A DNA stretch of 63,994 nt, counting the filler, from Octopus bimaculoides (lineage: Eukaryota), in assembly GCF_001194135.2 (NCBI RefSeq). It is 5 parts of 4 records of this genome, joined end to end, with 100 filler letters (N's around TTAATTAATTAA, not from the genome) between each part and the next. Parts side by side here need not be neighbours in the genome. Positions count along the whole stretch, not along the records: positions 11,054 to 18,406 come from NC_068985.1; positions 18,507 to 44,028 come from NC_068989.1; 3 more parts are not named here. The stretch is one strand, 5' to 3'. The notes under the pieces are model-generated. The model was not told the origin of the DNA and ran no database searches. It was given only the letters and a program-made list of their open reading frames with translations. Position numbers and translations under genes: made by a program. How positions within the stretch are numbered: the stretch's first letter is position 1; every line of letters starts with the position of its first letter. This document shows, in pieces, positions 13,771-24,439 of this stretch.

Positions 13771-13831
13771 GGGGTCTGAAGATATGCCATAAAGTTAAAC
13801 CCTTTATGGATGGCACACCCAGAGTAACCCC
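13771..13831 (+). ncRNA. Hammerhead relic (stem I intact, GAAA decayed)
   Basis: GGGGT-CTGAAGA-TATGCCATAAAG TTAAACC CTTTATGG ATG-GCACAC CCAGA GTA-ACCCC; GGGGU/ACCCC stem I is perfect. Confidence 0.5.
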
Positions 13832-13879
13832 ATAAACTAGCCTTCCCCAGAAAATATAAAAATATATATATACGTATGG

Positions 13880-13995
13880 GGAACCACTTTTAAGGGTTTA
13901 GTTGAACACATCAACCCCAGTACTTATTTTTAAGCCTGGTACTTATTCTGTCAGTCTTTTTTGCTGAAATGCTAAGTTATAGGAACATAGACAAA
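13880..13995 (-). mobile_element. SINE family A 3' fragment
   Basis: CCCCAGTACTTATT...AAGCCTGGTACTTATTCTGTCAGTCTTTTTTGCTGAAATGCTAAGTTA matches the family A tail region. Confidence 0.6.
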
Positions 13996-14074
13996 CCAGT
14001 ACCGGTTGCCAGGAATAATGGTGAGGGGATACAAATGCAAAGACTCAAATGCACACAAACACACACACACACGC

Positions 14075-14153
<79 letters not shown>

Positions 14154-14367
14154 TTATGAGCAATAGTGGTGTTAATTAGACCCAAAGGTTTCAGGTAATG
14201 CTGAGTAAGTGCTATGGATTGACCATAGTTAAGCTCCAGGTTTGGTGATTATGTGGATTAGGGGTCCAACGTAGGTCATATATCAGCGTGTGAATATAAG
14301 GATTTACTTTTCATAATGAGATATAAAACCAAAGCTGTGTACATTATAGAACATTTATAAATTGAAG

Positions 14368-14415
14368 GTCTTACAGCTGTTTCCAGGATATTTGTTGTAT
14401 CCATTCATCGGTGTG
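14368..14415 (-). ncRNA. Minimal type I hammerhead ribozyme, minus-strand copy
   Basis: Minus strand reads CACA-CCGATGA-ATGGATA CAACAAA TATCCTG-GAAACAGCTGTA-AGAC; palindromic stem III ACAGCTGT; stem I decayed. Confidence 0.5.
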
Positions 14416-14704
14416 AGAGGATGGTTAAGCAATAGTTAGTTTAGATAAGATTGGAAATAAAGAGTGAATGTAGGGACATTGTATTTGTAAATCCATTGTT
14501 TAGGCAGAATGGTATGCATATAAGATTTCAATACCTTGTGAGTAAAATCCAATTGTCTTTAAGATTGGTCAATGCATTTGTAAATCCATTATCAAGATTC
14601 CAATACCCTATGAGTAAAATCCAACAGTCTTTGAAATTGGTCATTCCAAATAGAGGGTTTATACACAGTGCTATTGAATCAAGGGTTCTGTTTAAAGTGA
14701 CACT

Positions 14705-14752
14705 GTCTCCGATGAAGGGATATAATAAATATCCTGGAAACAGCTGTAAGAC
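14705..14752 (+). ncRNA. Minimal type I hammerhead ribozyme with palindromic stem III
   Basis: GTCT-CCGATGA-AGGGATA TAATAAA TATCCTG-GAA-ACAGCTGT-A-AGAC: stem I GUCU/AGAC, stem II hairpin, palindromic stem III, GUA triplet; core is CCGAUGA rather than CUGAUGA. Confidence 0.65.
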
Positions 14753-14814
14753 CTATTTATAAATATTCTATATAATACACAGCCTTGGTTTTTATCTCAT
14801 TACGAAAAGTAAAT

Positions 14815-14863
<49 letters not shown>

Positions 14864-14873
14864 TATAGATACA

Positions 14874-14908
<35 letters not shown>

Positions 14909-15148
14909 GGTATATTTATATAAGCTTAAAGTTTATGGCAATCACTGTGCAATGGCTAAGGAAAGTAGTCTAATAAAGGGGCATATAAGCCCTTGACAGA
15001 ATAAAGAAGGATTTCCGCCGAAGAAGAAGAAGAAGAAGAAGAAGAAGAAGAAGAATGTTGGAGTGATATGACGGTAGCAGGATGTTGATGGAATCTACTT
15101 AAATGGTCAATGAACTAAAAATGACTTATTGTGGATGACAGTAGTAGT

Positions 15149-15268
15149 AATTTAATTGTTTTTCATTCTTTACTCTAAGTTGAAAAAATCACAATGTCTG
15201 AAACCGGTACTAAAATGTTCTTTATGATAGAATTATTTTAGCATTTTCTACCTTGTCTTATTTTCCCT
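15149..15268 (+). repeat. PLE pLTR-like repeat, copy 1 (hammerhead 3' half GAAACCGGTA)
   Basis: Homologous to 18282-18391; GAA-ACCGGT-A at 15200-15209; ends in (TA)n. Confidence 0.55.
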
Positions 15269-15269
15269 A

Positions 15270-15307
<38 letters not shown>

Positions 15308-15399
15308 CCCAAATGGACATAATGATTATTTAAGAAATCTAGCCATTAAAATAAAAGAAATGCGAAATATGGAAGGTATTATGATAACCTATTAGAGAA

Positions 15400-16959
15400 A
15401 GAATTAATAAAAAAAAAAATAAAATTGTTCCAGAAAATACTCTTTATTCTATAAACAAGGCCTCTAAATTAATAATGCTGAAATATGAATTAGATAGTAA
15501 AACTGAACCTTATGTACCTATGCACCCTAGAATTATTTTGAAAGGCAATAAGAATAATTTTTATTCTGACCCTAAAGTTAGGCTTATTTGTCCTTGCAAA
15601 TCAGATCTAGGTAAATTAAGATCATATATTGATCTAGGTAAATTAAGATAAATATATTGATAGATTAAATGATATTAATTACCTTAAACTATGGAATAGT
15701 ACTATAGATACTTTAATATGGCTTAATTATATTAAAGATAAAAATAGATATAAATTTATTCAAATAGATATAGATAATTATTATTCTTCGATTAATGAGA
15801 TTGTGCTTAATAAGGCCCTAATTTATGCAATGAAGAAGGTAGGTATGATTCATGATAAAGTTAATGTAGTTAAAATGGTTAGGAAATTGTTAAGTATAAT
15901 AATAAATTGTGGGCTAGGAAGGATACTAGGGACTATTTTGATATACCAATGGGGGCACCCGATTCTGCACAGGTAACTGATTTAGTAGGTATATATTTAT
16001 TATCAGAACTTCAATTGGAAAACTTAAAATTGGAAGGTGGTGTATATAGGGATGACCTTTTATTACTAAGGATTGCACCAATAGAACACTAGAATTATAT
16101 AAGAAGAAACTATATAGTTTTTTTTTAAAGAAATGGATTAACAATTACTATATATAATGAGAACTACAATGTTAATTATTTAGGTGCTAATTTTAATTTA
16201 ATAACAGATAAAATCCAACCATTCCATAAATTTAATGAAAACATTAGATATATTAATGCTAATAGTAATCATCCACCCTTAATTAAGAAATCGTTAACAT
16301 ATAATATAGGTAAGAGAATATCGTTACTTTCTTATAATTTTGAGATTTTCCAAAAACATATACCTTATTATAATGAAGTCCTTCGTGAGGCGGGATATAA
16401 TAATAAAATAAAATTCTTTAATAATTCGAAATATAATTATAATATCAAAGATTATAATATTAATGATTTATTTATTTTCTATAATAATAAACATAACATT
16501 AAGAATTATGATAAGGTTTACTTAGGTAATAATGGTAAGAATAATAGGTATTATAATAAAAAACATAAACATAATTATAATGGACAAAATAATAAGATTA
16601 AATGTAATTCATTTAATGATAATGATAAATTTAATAATATAAATAATAAATATAATAATATCAATAATAAGAACAAAATTTGGCTAATTATTCCTTACAG
16701 CGTTCAAGTTAAAACTAACATTATTAAAGAGATTTTAAATATAATTGATATATTCCTTAGAGATAATAAAAAATATATTTTTTCTAGTAATAATTTGAGA
16801 GTTGGTTATTCTACTACTAATAATGTTGGTAACATTATTTCTTATTTTAATAGATTTAACTTAAATAAGTTTTACAAATATAAATTAAATACTTTTTCTA
16901 ATAATAATAATAAGGACCAGGATATAATTAATTGTACATGTAGAGATAAGACCAAATGA
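15400..16959 (+). pseudogene. Penelope-like element reverse transcriptase relic, YRDD type (Naiad-like), truncated at the start of the GIY-YIG/Cys region
   Basis: Manual translation: RIILKGNKNNFYSDPKVRLICPCKSDLGKL; FIQIDIDNYYSSI (motif A); FDIPMGAPDSAQVTDLVGIYLL (motif B); GVYRDDLL (motif C); YINANSNHPPLIKK; IWLIIPYSVQVKTNI; ends NCTCRDKTK*. Several frameshifts; 16129-16959 is open but missed by the ORF track. Confidence 0.9.
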
Positions 16960-16962
16960 AAA

Positions 16963-16993
16963 ATTCACATCTAACGCGAAGTTAGATGTGAAT
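16963..16993. other. Perfect 13-bp hairpin at the PLE truncation point
   Basis: ATTCACATCTAAC-GCGAA-GTTAGATGTGAAT. Confidence 0.9.
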
Positions 16994-16994
16994 G

Positions 16995-17300
16995 AGAAAC
17001 AAAATAATAATTTTTTCATCATCTTGGCCAAACAGCTCTTACCATTTGTTTTCACTGTTCTGTCTTGTTTTTACTCTCTTTTACTGTCTTGTTCTCACTG
17101 TCCTGTTCTTGTTTACACTTTCACCCTCCACAAAAAATTCCAAATTTAATTAATTTGCTTTGCGAGAAGGACTGTTCCAATGAAGTCGCATATTGTCCTT
17201 GCCTTTGAAATGTGGAGTACATGGAACAGGGACAACAGAAGATAGCAAATATTCTTTATGTTGCATGTCTCGTTTCTCATTGTATTTAATATTTTTTGTG
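16995..17300 (-). mobile_element. Unclassified interspersed repeat homologous to 25880-26040
   Basis: Minus strand TACTCCACATTTCAAAGGCAAGGACA...GTCCTTCTCGCAAAGCAAATTAATTAAATTTGGAATT matches plus strand 25955-26030 TACTCCGCATTTCGAAGGTAGGGACAGTCCTTCCCTCAAAGTAAATTAAATCAAATTTGGGATT. Confidence 0.65.
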
Positions 17301-17376
17301 ATGTCCTGTCCCCATATATGCATGTATGTATACATATAGATGTAGGTATGTACATATATGTATGGATATATGCATA

Positions 17377-17423
<47 letters not shown>

Positions 17424-18281
17424 NNNNNNNNNNNNNNNNNNNNNNNNNNNNNNNNNNNNNNNNNNNNNNNNNNNNNNNNNNNNNNNNNNNNNNNNNNNNN
17501 NNNNNNNNNNNNNNNNNNNNNNNNNNNNNNNNNNNNNNNNNNNNNNNNNNNNNNNNNNNNNNNNNNNNNNNNNNNNNNNNNNNNNNNNNNNNNNNNNNNN
17601 NNNNNNNNNNNNNNNNNNNNNNNNNNTCTCTCTCTCTCCTTCTCTCTCTCTCCTTCTCTCTCTCTCCTTCTCTCTCTCTCCTTCTCTCTCTCTCCTTCTC
17701 TCTCTCTCCTTCTCTCTCTCTCCTTCTCTATCTCTCCTTCTCCCTCTTTCGATTACCCCTCGCTTCACCAGGACTATAAACTAACGCATGGACCCCGATT
17801 CTCCCACTTGATCTTAATACCTTTGCATCACTATGCTTATGCTGAAGAAGAAGAAGAAGAAGAAGAAGAAGAAGCAGAAGGGGAAAGAGGAGAGAGAATA
17901 ATTAGGGAATCTCCTCTTTCTCCTTCTTCTTCTTCTTTTCCACCACCTCCTTCCTTACTTTACTACTATTGTGGTTTAGAATAACACCTACACAAATTTT
18001 ATAAACAATACATTCAAAAGAGATGTTTCAAGAATTCAATCACTACTACCATCCACAACAAGTCACTTTCAGGGCACTTGACCATTTAACATCCTACTAC
18101 TACCATGGCACTCCCGCATTCTCCTCCTCCTCTTTGTTCTTCTTGCCAAGAATTCACAATGACCTCGAACTCACAAGAGTAAACAAGTGATACAGAGACA
18201 GGCAGAAACAGGGAAAATGCCCCTTGTATTTGAATACTGTGCAAACATTCTTTTAGAAAACTTTTTATCTAATTTTTCCAA

Positions 18282-18391
18282 AATTTAATTATTTTCCATA
18301 CTTACAGTTGAAAAAGTCTCAATGACTGAAACTGGTACTGAAATGTTTTTTTATAGAATTCTTTTAGCATTTTCTACCTTGACTTTTTCCA
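18282..18391 (+). repeat. PLE pLTR-like repeat, copy 2
   Basis: AGTTGAAAAA...CAATGACTGAAACTGGTACTGAAATGTT...ATAGAATT.TTTTAGCATTTTCTACCTTG, homologous to 15149-15268. Confidence 0.55.
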
Positions 18392-18506
18392 TACTTATAT
18401 ATATATNNNNNNNNNNNNNNNNNNNNNNNNNNNNNNNNNNNNNNNNNNNNTTAATTAATTAANNNNNNNNNNNNNNNNNNNNNNNNNNNNNNNNNNNNNN
18501 NNNNNN

Positions 18507-18541
<35 letters not shown>

Positions 18542-18587
18542 TGCATACATACGTACGACTCGCTCATTACGCTGGGTATTAAAATAC

Positions 18588-18687
18588 CTGAAAGTCATAG
18601 TTAGGCAAGACAACTGGCCTCCAATCTCATTCAGCAGTGGTGGATATCGATATTTGGCCATCTTTGTGGCTTATCAACATCACACAC
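18588..18687 (-). other. Candidate 100-bp host exon (possible first coding exon, MAKYRYPPLLNEIGGQLSCLTMTF)
   Basis: Acceptor CTTCTTTTCAG|, donor CAG|GTATTT, AAAGATGG Kozak context at 18661; no homology recognised. Confidence 0.3.
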
Positions 18688-18854
18688 CTGAAAAGAAGCG
18701 GGGAAGAACCGAGACGCCATTCTAAGACTATATGTAAACAATGTAAAAGCATTTCTTGGTATGCCACGGCGATGCATAGGTAGACTAAATTCAATAACGA
18801 ATTAAAAGCAGCGCTAGTGTTGTAAACTTATCGACCGCACGCATACACACACAC

Positions 18855-18899
<45 letters not shown>

Positions 18900-19677
18900 C
18901 GCGCGCACACATATACATGCATAAACTTTTATCAGCATATGTGCCTATGTGTAGGAGTATCCGTACGTGAATGTAGATAGAAAATAGGTTATAAATATCA
19001 AATTTCGAATACAATCGAAACGTCCACGCAAGTAAATTCTCTATAGAAATACAATTTACATACCATGAAAGACGAATTCAAATATATTACAACTTTATCT
19101 ACTATGCCATTTAAATGCACAAATACTTAAATATGCTACCTATATACCTACAAGCCTAATAGCCAATATACATATGTTAACACCTAATATACATATCATC
19201 CTATATCGTCCCTATTCCTTAGGTTATTATATATATATATNNNNNNNNNNNNNNNNNNNNNNNNNNNNNNNNNNNNNNNNNNNNNNNNNNNNNNNNNNNN
19301 NNNNNNNNNNNNNNNNNNNNNNNNNNNNNNNNNNNNNNNNNNNNNNNNNNNNNNNNNNNNNNNNNNNNNNNNNNNNNNNNNNNNNNNNNNNNNNNNNNNN
19401 NNNNNNNNNNNNNNNNNNNNNNNNNNNNNNNNNNNNNNNNNNNNNNNNNNNNNNNNNNNNNNNNNNNNNNNNNNNNNNNNNNNNNNNNNNNNNNNNNNNN
19501 NNNNNNNNNNNNNNNNNNNNNNNNNNNNNNNNNNNNNNNNNNNNNNNNNNNNNNNNNNNNNNNNNNNNNNNNNNNNNNNNNNNNNNNNNNNNNNNNNNNN
19601 NNNNNNNNNNNNNNNNNNNNNNNNNNNNNNNNNNNNNNNNNNNNNNNNNNNNNNNNNNNNNNNNNNNNNNNNNNNNN

Positions 19678-19731
<54 letters not shown>

Positions 19732-20331
19732 AGGTCATAAAACAAGTAAGGCAAAGATGGCCGTGGCGTCATTTGAGATAAGAACTTATTGGCCAGTGGT
19801 AAAAAGTTGCAAGTATTTTATCAAAATCCTCTGGATTTTAATATTCATTTCGAAGCCTAGAACTGTCTGAGACATAGATGGGAGTTCCAGTGCTGAATAG
19901 GAACAATAAAAATGAAATGCAACATTGTTCTCAGTGGGAATTGGAACCCAGAAAGAGAAAAGAGCTGAAGCAAAAAGCGTTAATATAGACGGTTATAGTA
20001 AAATTCAATCTAGCTTAATCGTTACGATTCTCAGTTTATTTTTTATAATAGTTTTAGTTTATGTACTTACTCGAATAAAATCATTTGGTAAAGTTAGTAA
20101 TATCAAGGTGTGAGATGCGCACAATATACGTATGTATGTATGTATGTATGTATGTATGTATGTATGGGTTGGTGGGTGGGTGGATGAATGGATGGATAGA
20201 TGGCCGGGTGGATCGAGGGACGGATGGAAACATTATATATTATACGCATGTAAATATTTATGTATACACAAACATATAGAAAGGATTATATAACGTCATA
20301 TGTATCTTTCTCTTTTTCTCACTCTCTTAGA

Positions 20332-20387
<56 letters not shown>

Positions 20388-21381
20388 CCACATACATACA
20401 TACATNNNNNNNNNNCATACATACGTACATGCATACATTCATGTATACATACATACATACATACATACATACATGCATGCATACATACATACGCACAGTC
20501 GTGCGTATGTATGTGACGCATTTCGGTAAGGTATATCATAAAGCGTATTACGTTGAGTGTACATGCATACTATTTATTCTTACAACTGAAAATTTGTTAT
20601 TTCCTCTAGTGAAATGTGTTTTAGTTGACTAAAATTATACCATTACGACAATACCGAAGAGACGTCAGATATAGAGAAATCAATAGATACATTTACACAA
20701 CAATAAGCCTTGGTTAAAACGTACAAAGACAAATACTTTATGTTAAAATATAAATGTACATAACTGTTTGTTATTAGAGACCACGAAGGAGAAACAGGCA
20801 AACATTGTGTCCACTAAAATAATAAATTAATTGATTAGATTACTTTTTTTTTTCTTAAGAAAAAAGCGATAAATAATGATATTTACAAACATTGCAATGT
20901 ATGTTATACGTTTTATAAACATTAAATTTGAAGCAATATTGAGAAACAAACTTGAAAATATCTTAATGTTTCAGAACTAAAACTTAAAATCAATACCCAC
21001 AATCAGTTTTATGATAGATAAGGCCACCGTTTGGCAAACTGTTTCTTGCTCCTTATATGGAAAAGATCGATTTGCTACCTATGCTTAATAATTTAAATAG
21101 GGAGCTAAATCAGGATGCTGTATTTAATTTAAACCATAAAATCACGATGTAAATTTGCTTGTATAATTTTTTTTTTATTGTAGAGTATTTCGTGCAAGTT
21201 TTTTAAATGGTTGAAATCCCAGTTTACATTTTGTTGTTGGATATAGTGAAGAAGCATTGTTATGAAGTCTTTACAGTTCATTTTTGAAAGGGTTTCCAAG
21301 GTACAATTAAACATTTTAAGGCACTTCGTTACGCGACGCTATTCTTGATACACACACACACACACACACACGCATGCACAC

Positions 21382-21418
<37 letters not shown>

Positions 21419-21516
21419 AACACATACTCGCACAGACTCGTACTCACACACACACACGCGTGTGTTGCGTGTGTGAGTGTTTATATATATGTGTGTACAT
21501 ATATAAAAACATATAC

Positions 21517-21605
<89 letters not shown>

Positions 21606-21914
21606 TGTGTACACAAATATCTCTGTTTCTGGTAGGCTCAAAAGGCAGGGTATGTCCAGGGTAACACTCAACACGAGCTCTGTGCTATCTACACAGTCGG
21701 ATTCAAGACTAATACCGAATTTCTTCGTGGTTATTAAAACCTGGGTTCACAATGAATGGGTTAAGCAAAGATTAATTAAATCCAAATGACAAAACACAAA
21801 AAGATTTTTTAACATATCTTTAACGTTTAGTAATAATTATTTCTATACTGACGCTGCTTTCAAAGCCAGTAAAAATTTATGTAATATTTGCGATTTTATT
21901 GTGCAAGATGTGTT

Positions 21915-22125
21915 AAAGGCGGTGAGCTGGGGGAATAGTTAACATGCGGGGAAAACTATTTTGCAACATTTTGTTCGTGTTCAAATTCCGCCTATGTCGA
22001 CTTTACCTTTCATTCTTTCGGGATCGATAAAGTAAGTACCAGTTGAGTAATGAAGTCAATAAAATCGACTTACATCTTCCTCAAAACTGCTGGTCTTGTG
22101 CGAACAATTGAGACCATTATTCAAG
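21915..22125 (+). mobile_element. SINE family B
   Basis: AAAGGCGGTGAGCTGG head; GTCGACTTTACCTTTCATTCTTTCGGGATCGATAAA body. Confidence 0.75.
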
Positions 22126-22204
22126 ATGTGTTAAAAACATTTTCTGTCTTCTCTTTAGGATAACATTTTAAACTTCGCTAAACGTACATGTATTTATATA
22201 AATC

Positions 22205-22289
<85 letters not shown>

Positions 22290-22819
22290 TTGTATGTGTG
22301 CGCATGTGTGTGTGTGTATCTATACAACGGTTCAAGATTAATCGAAACGTATAGCAACTCAAAAGGAAAAAAAGACAAATCAAAGTAATTATATAATTAT
22401 TACTTTGAATCAATCTTTGTATTTCGTACTTAGATCTTTACAAAGTCAGAGAGTTAGAGAATTGTTAAAATGTAGCGAAAGGAGGAAGAAAAAGTAACGT
22501 TAAAGTATGTATTAATCACTGACAGATTACATTAAAAATGACGGTGGTGGAATCATCGTGAATGACGCAGAGAAATGAGACCACATACGCAAAAGTAGGA
22601 ATGAGAAAAAAGTACTCAAACTACACGTATTTTATGTATGTGATCGTATATATATATATGTATGTAAGGATGTTTCCCTTAAGTATGAAGGCATATGTGT
22701 GCTCGTGTTTCGGTTAAGTAGCTGCGAAGTCTTAAAACTGTATTTGTAGATTATGTGGTTGTGTGCCACGGTATGTGCATGAGTCTGCATGCGACAAACT
22801 CATGTGTGCATATGTGCAT

Positions 22820-22855
<36 letters not shown>

Positions 22856-23870
22856 NNNNNNNNNNACACACACACACACACATACTCACCCACATCCCGA
22901 TAAGCTATAAATTTCCAGTATGTTGTCGTACAACTACGACATCCTTCCTAACATTGTTGCATTAATGTAGCTGCAGTAGAAGAATGTAACTAACTCGCAG
23001 ATGTATCGTGACATTATCTGATATCTTAAACCACGTACTACTATCGTAAAATAAATAAAAATTCTTTAAGACTGTGTTTCTTCCAAAGGCTATCACAAAT
23101 CTGATATACATCTTTATAATAAATTACAATTTACATATTCTGTTTAGAATGTAGATATTCTCAATTTGCAGTGGAGNNNNNNNNNNATACATATATATAT
23201 ACATACACACACCTATTCTCCAACATCCCCACAGGCTAATGACTGAAACAAAACGTAAAAGATACGACGTCGCAACTGAATATTTACAGTTTGTGTGTGA
23301 GGTCATGTACGTCTGTGTTGGATGCTTGCTATGTATGTGAACACACACACACACACGCACACACGCACACACACACACACACATACTCACCCACANNNNN
23401 NNNNNNNNNNNNNNNNNNNNNNNNNNNNNNNNNNNNNNNNNNNNNNNNNNNNNNNNNNNNNNNNNNNNNNNNNNNNNNNNNNNNNNNNNNNNNNNNNNNN
23501 NNNNNNNNNNNNNNNNNNNNNNNNNNNNNNNNNNNNNNNNNNNNNNNNNNNNNNNNNNNNNNNNNNNNNNNNNNNNNNNNNNNNNNNNNNNNNNNNNNNN
23601 NNNNNNNNNNNNNNNNNNNNNNNNNNNNNNNNNNNNNNNNNNNNNNNNNNNNNNNNNNNNNNNNNNNNNNNNNNNNNNNNNNNNNNNNNNNNNNNNNNNN
23701 NNNNNNNNNNNNNNNNNNNNNNNNNNNNNNNNNNNNNNNNNNNNNNNNNNNNNNNNNNNNNNNNNNNNNNNNNNNNNNNNNNNNNNNNNNNNNNNNNNNN
23801 NNNNNNNNNNNNNNNNNNNNNNNACAATTTACATATTCTGTTTAGAATGTAGATATTCTCAATTTGCAGT

Positions 23871-24105
23871 GGAGGCGCAATGGCCCGGTGGTTAGGGCAG
23901 CGGACTCGCGGTCATAGGATCGTGGGTTCGATTCCCAGACCGGATGTTGCGTCGTGTTCTTGAGCAAAGCATTTCATTTCACGTCTGACATGTGGCACCC
24001 GTAGCATCTGTACAGGTAATGTCGATCTGATGTCGATCTGATCACTATAAACAATCTGTAAGAATGTTATCGAGCCCGCATACGTCGTCTATTGATGGGA
24101 GAGTG
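23871..24105 (+). mobile_element. tRNA-Arg-like SINE with CORE-like segment (OR-type octopus retroposon, tentative)
   Basis: GGAGGCGCAATGGCCCGGTGGTTAGGGCAGCGGACTCGCGGTC...GGTTCGATTCCC head; CGTGTTCTTGAGCAAAGCATTTCATTTCAC resembles the CORE domain; acceptor stem does not close, so not a tRNA gene. Confidence 0.7.
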
Positions 24106-24109
24106 CATC

Positions 24110-24221
<112 letters not shown>

Positions 24222-24439
24222 GTGTGTGTGCGCCAACACACAACAACGCATAGTGCATAGCTGCGAATCCATAAAACATAGTAGATCATATGCAATATAA
24301 CATTGTAAAGTAATAACTTGTACTGTCTCTGATGCATGGATACTTCATATAACCGCAGCTGGTTTTGTTACTATCGCCGTCATTGTTACCATTAGCATCA
24401 CCATCAATCAGCCACCATTATTTTATACTTCTAAGACAG

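Larger units (their letters stand above)
13296..13858. mobile_element. Inverted-repeat module 1 (~170-bp arms) with a hammerhead in each arm; PLE pLTR-derived
   Basis: Arm 13296-13470 is the imperfect reverse complement of 13693-13858 (e.g. GACCTGTTGGCC / GGCCAACAGGTC; CATTATCTTCCTTTGCTAAT / ATTAGCAAAGGAAGATAATG). Confidence 0.8.
14294..14822. mobile_element. Inverted-repeat module 2 (~115-bp arms) with a hammerhead in each arm; ends in (TA)n; PLE pLTR-derived
   Basis: ATAAGGATTTACTTTTC...TCATCGG (14296-14411) is the imperfect reverse complement of CCGATGA...GAAAAGTAAATCCTTAT (14709-14820); spacer contains a ~70-bp direct duplication. Confidence 0.85.

Noticed and set aside
14451-14762. 103-aa ORF in the module 2 spacer as a GIY-YIG remnant
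   Set aside because: No GIY/YIG or Cys/His motifs; much of it is an internal duplication
22860-23874. Duplicated segments (CATACTCACCCACA; ACAATTTACATATTCTG...GCAGTGGAG at ~23126 and ~23824)
   Set aside because: They sit at contig ends beside gaps; most likely unmerged overlaps or haplotypes
23871-23945. tRNA-like sequence (also 37835-37907)
   Set aside because: Acceptor stem does not close and it continues into a SINE body; it is a SINE head
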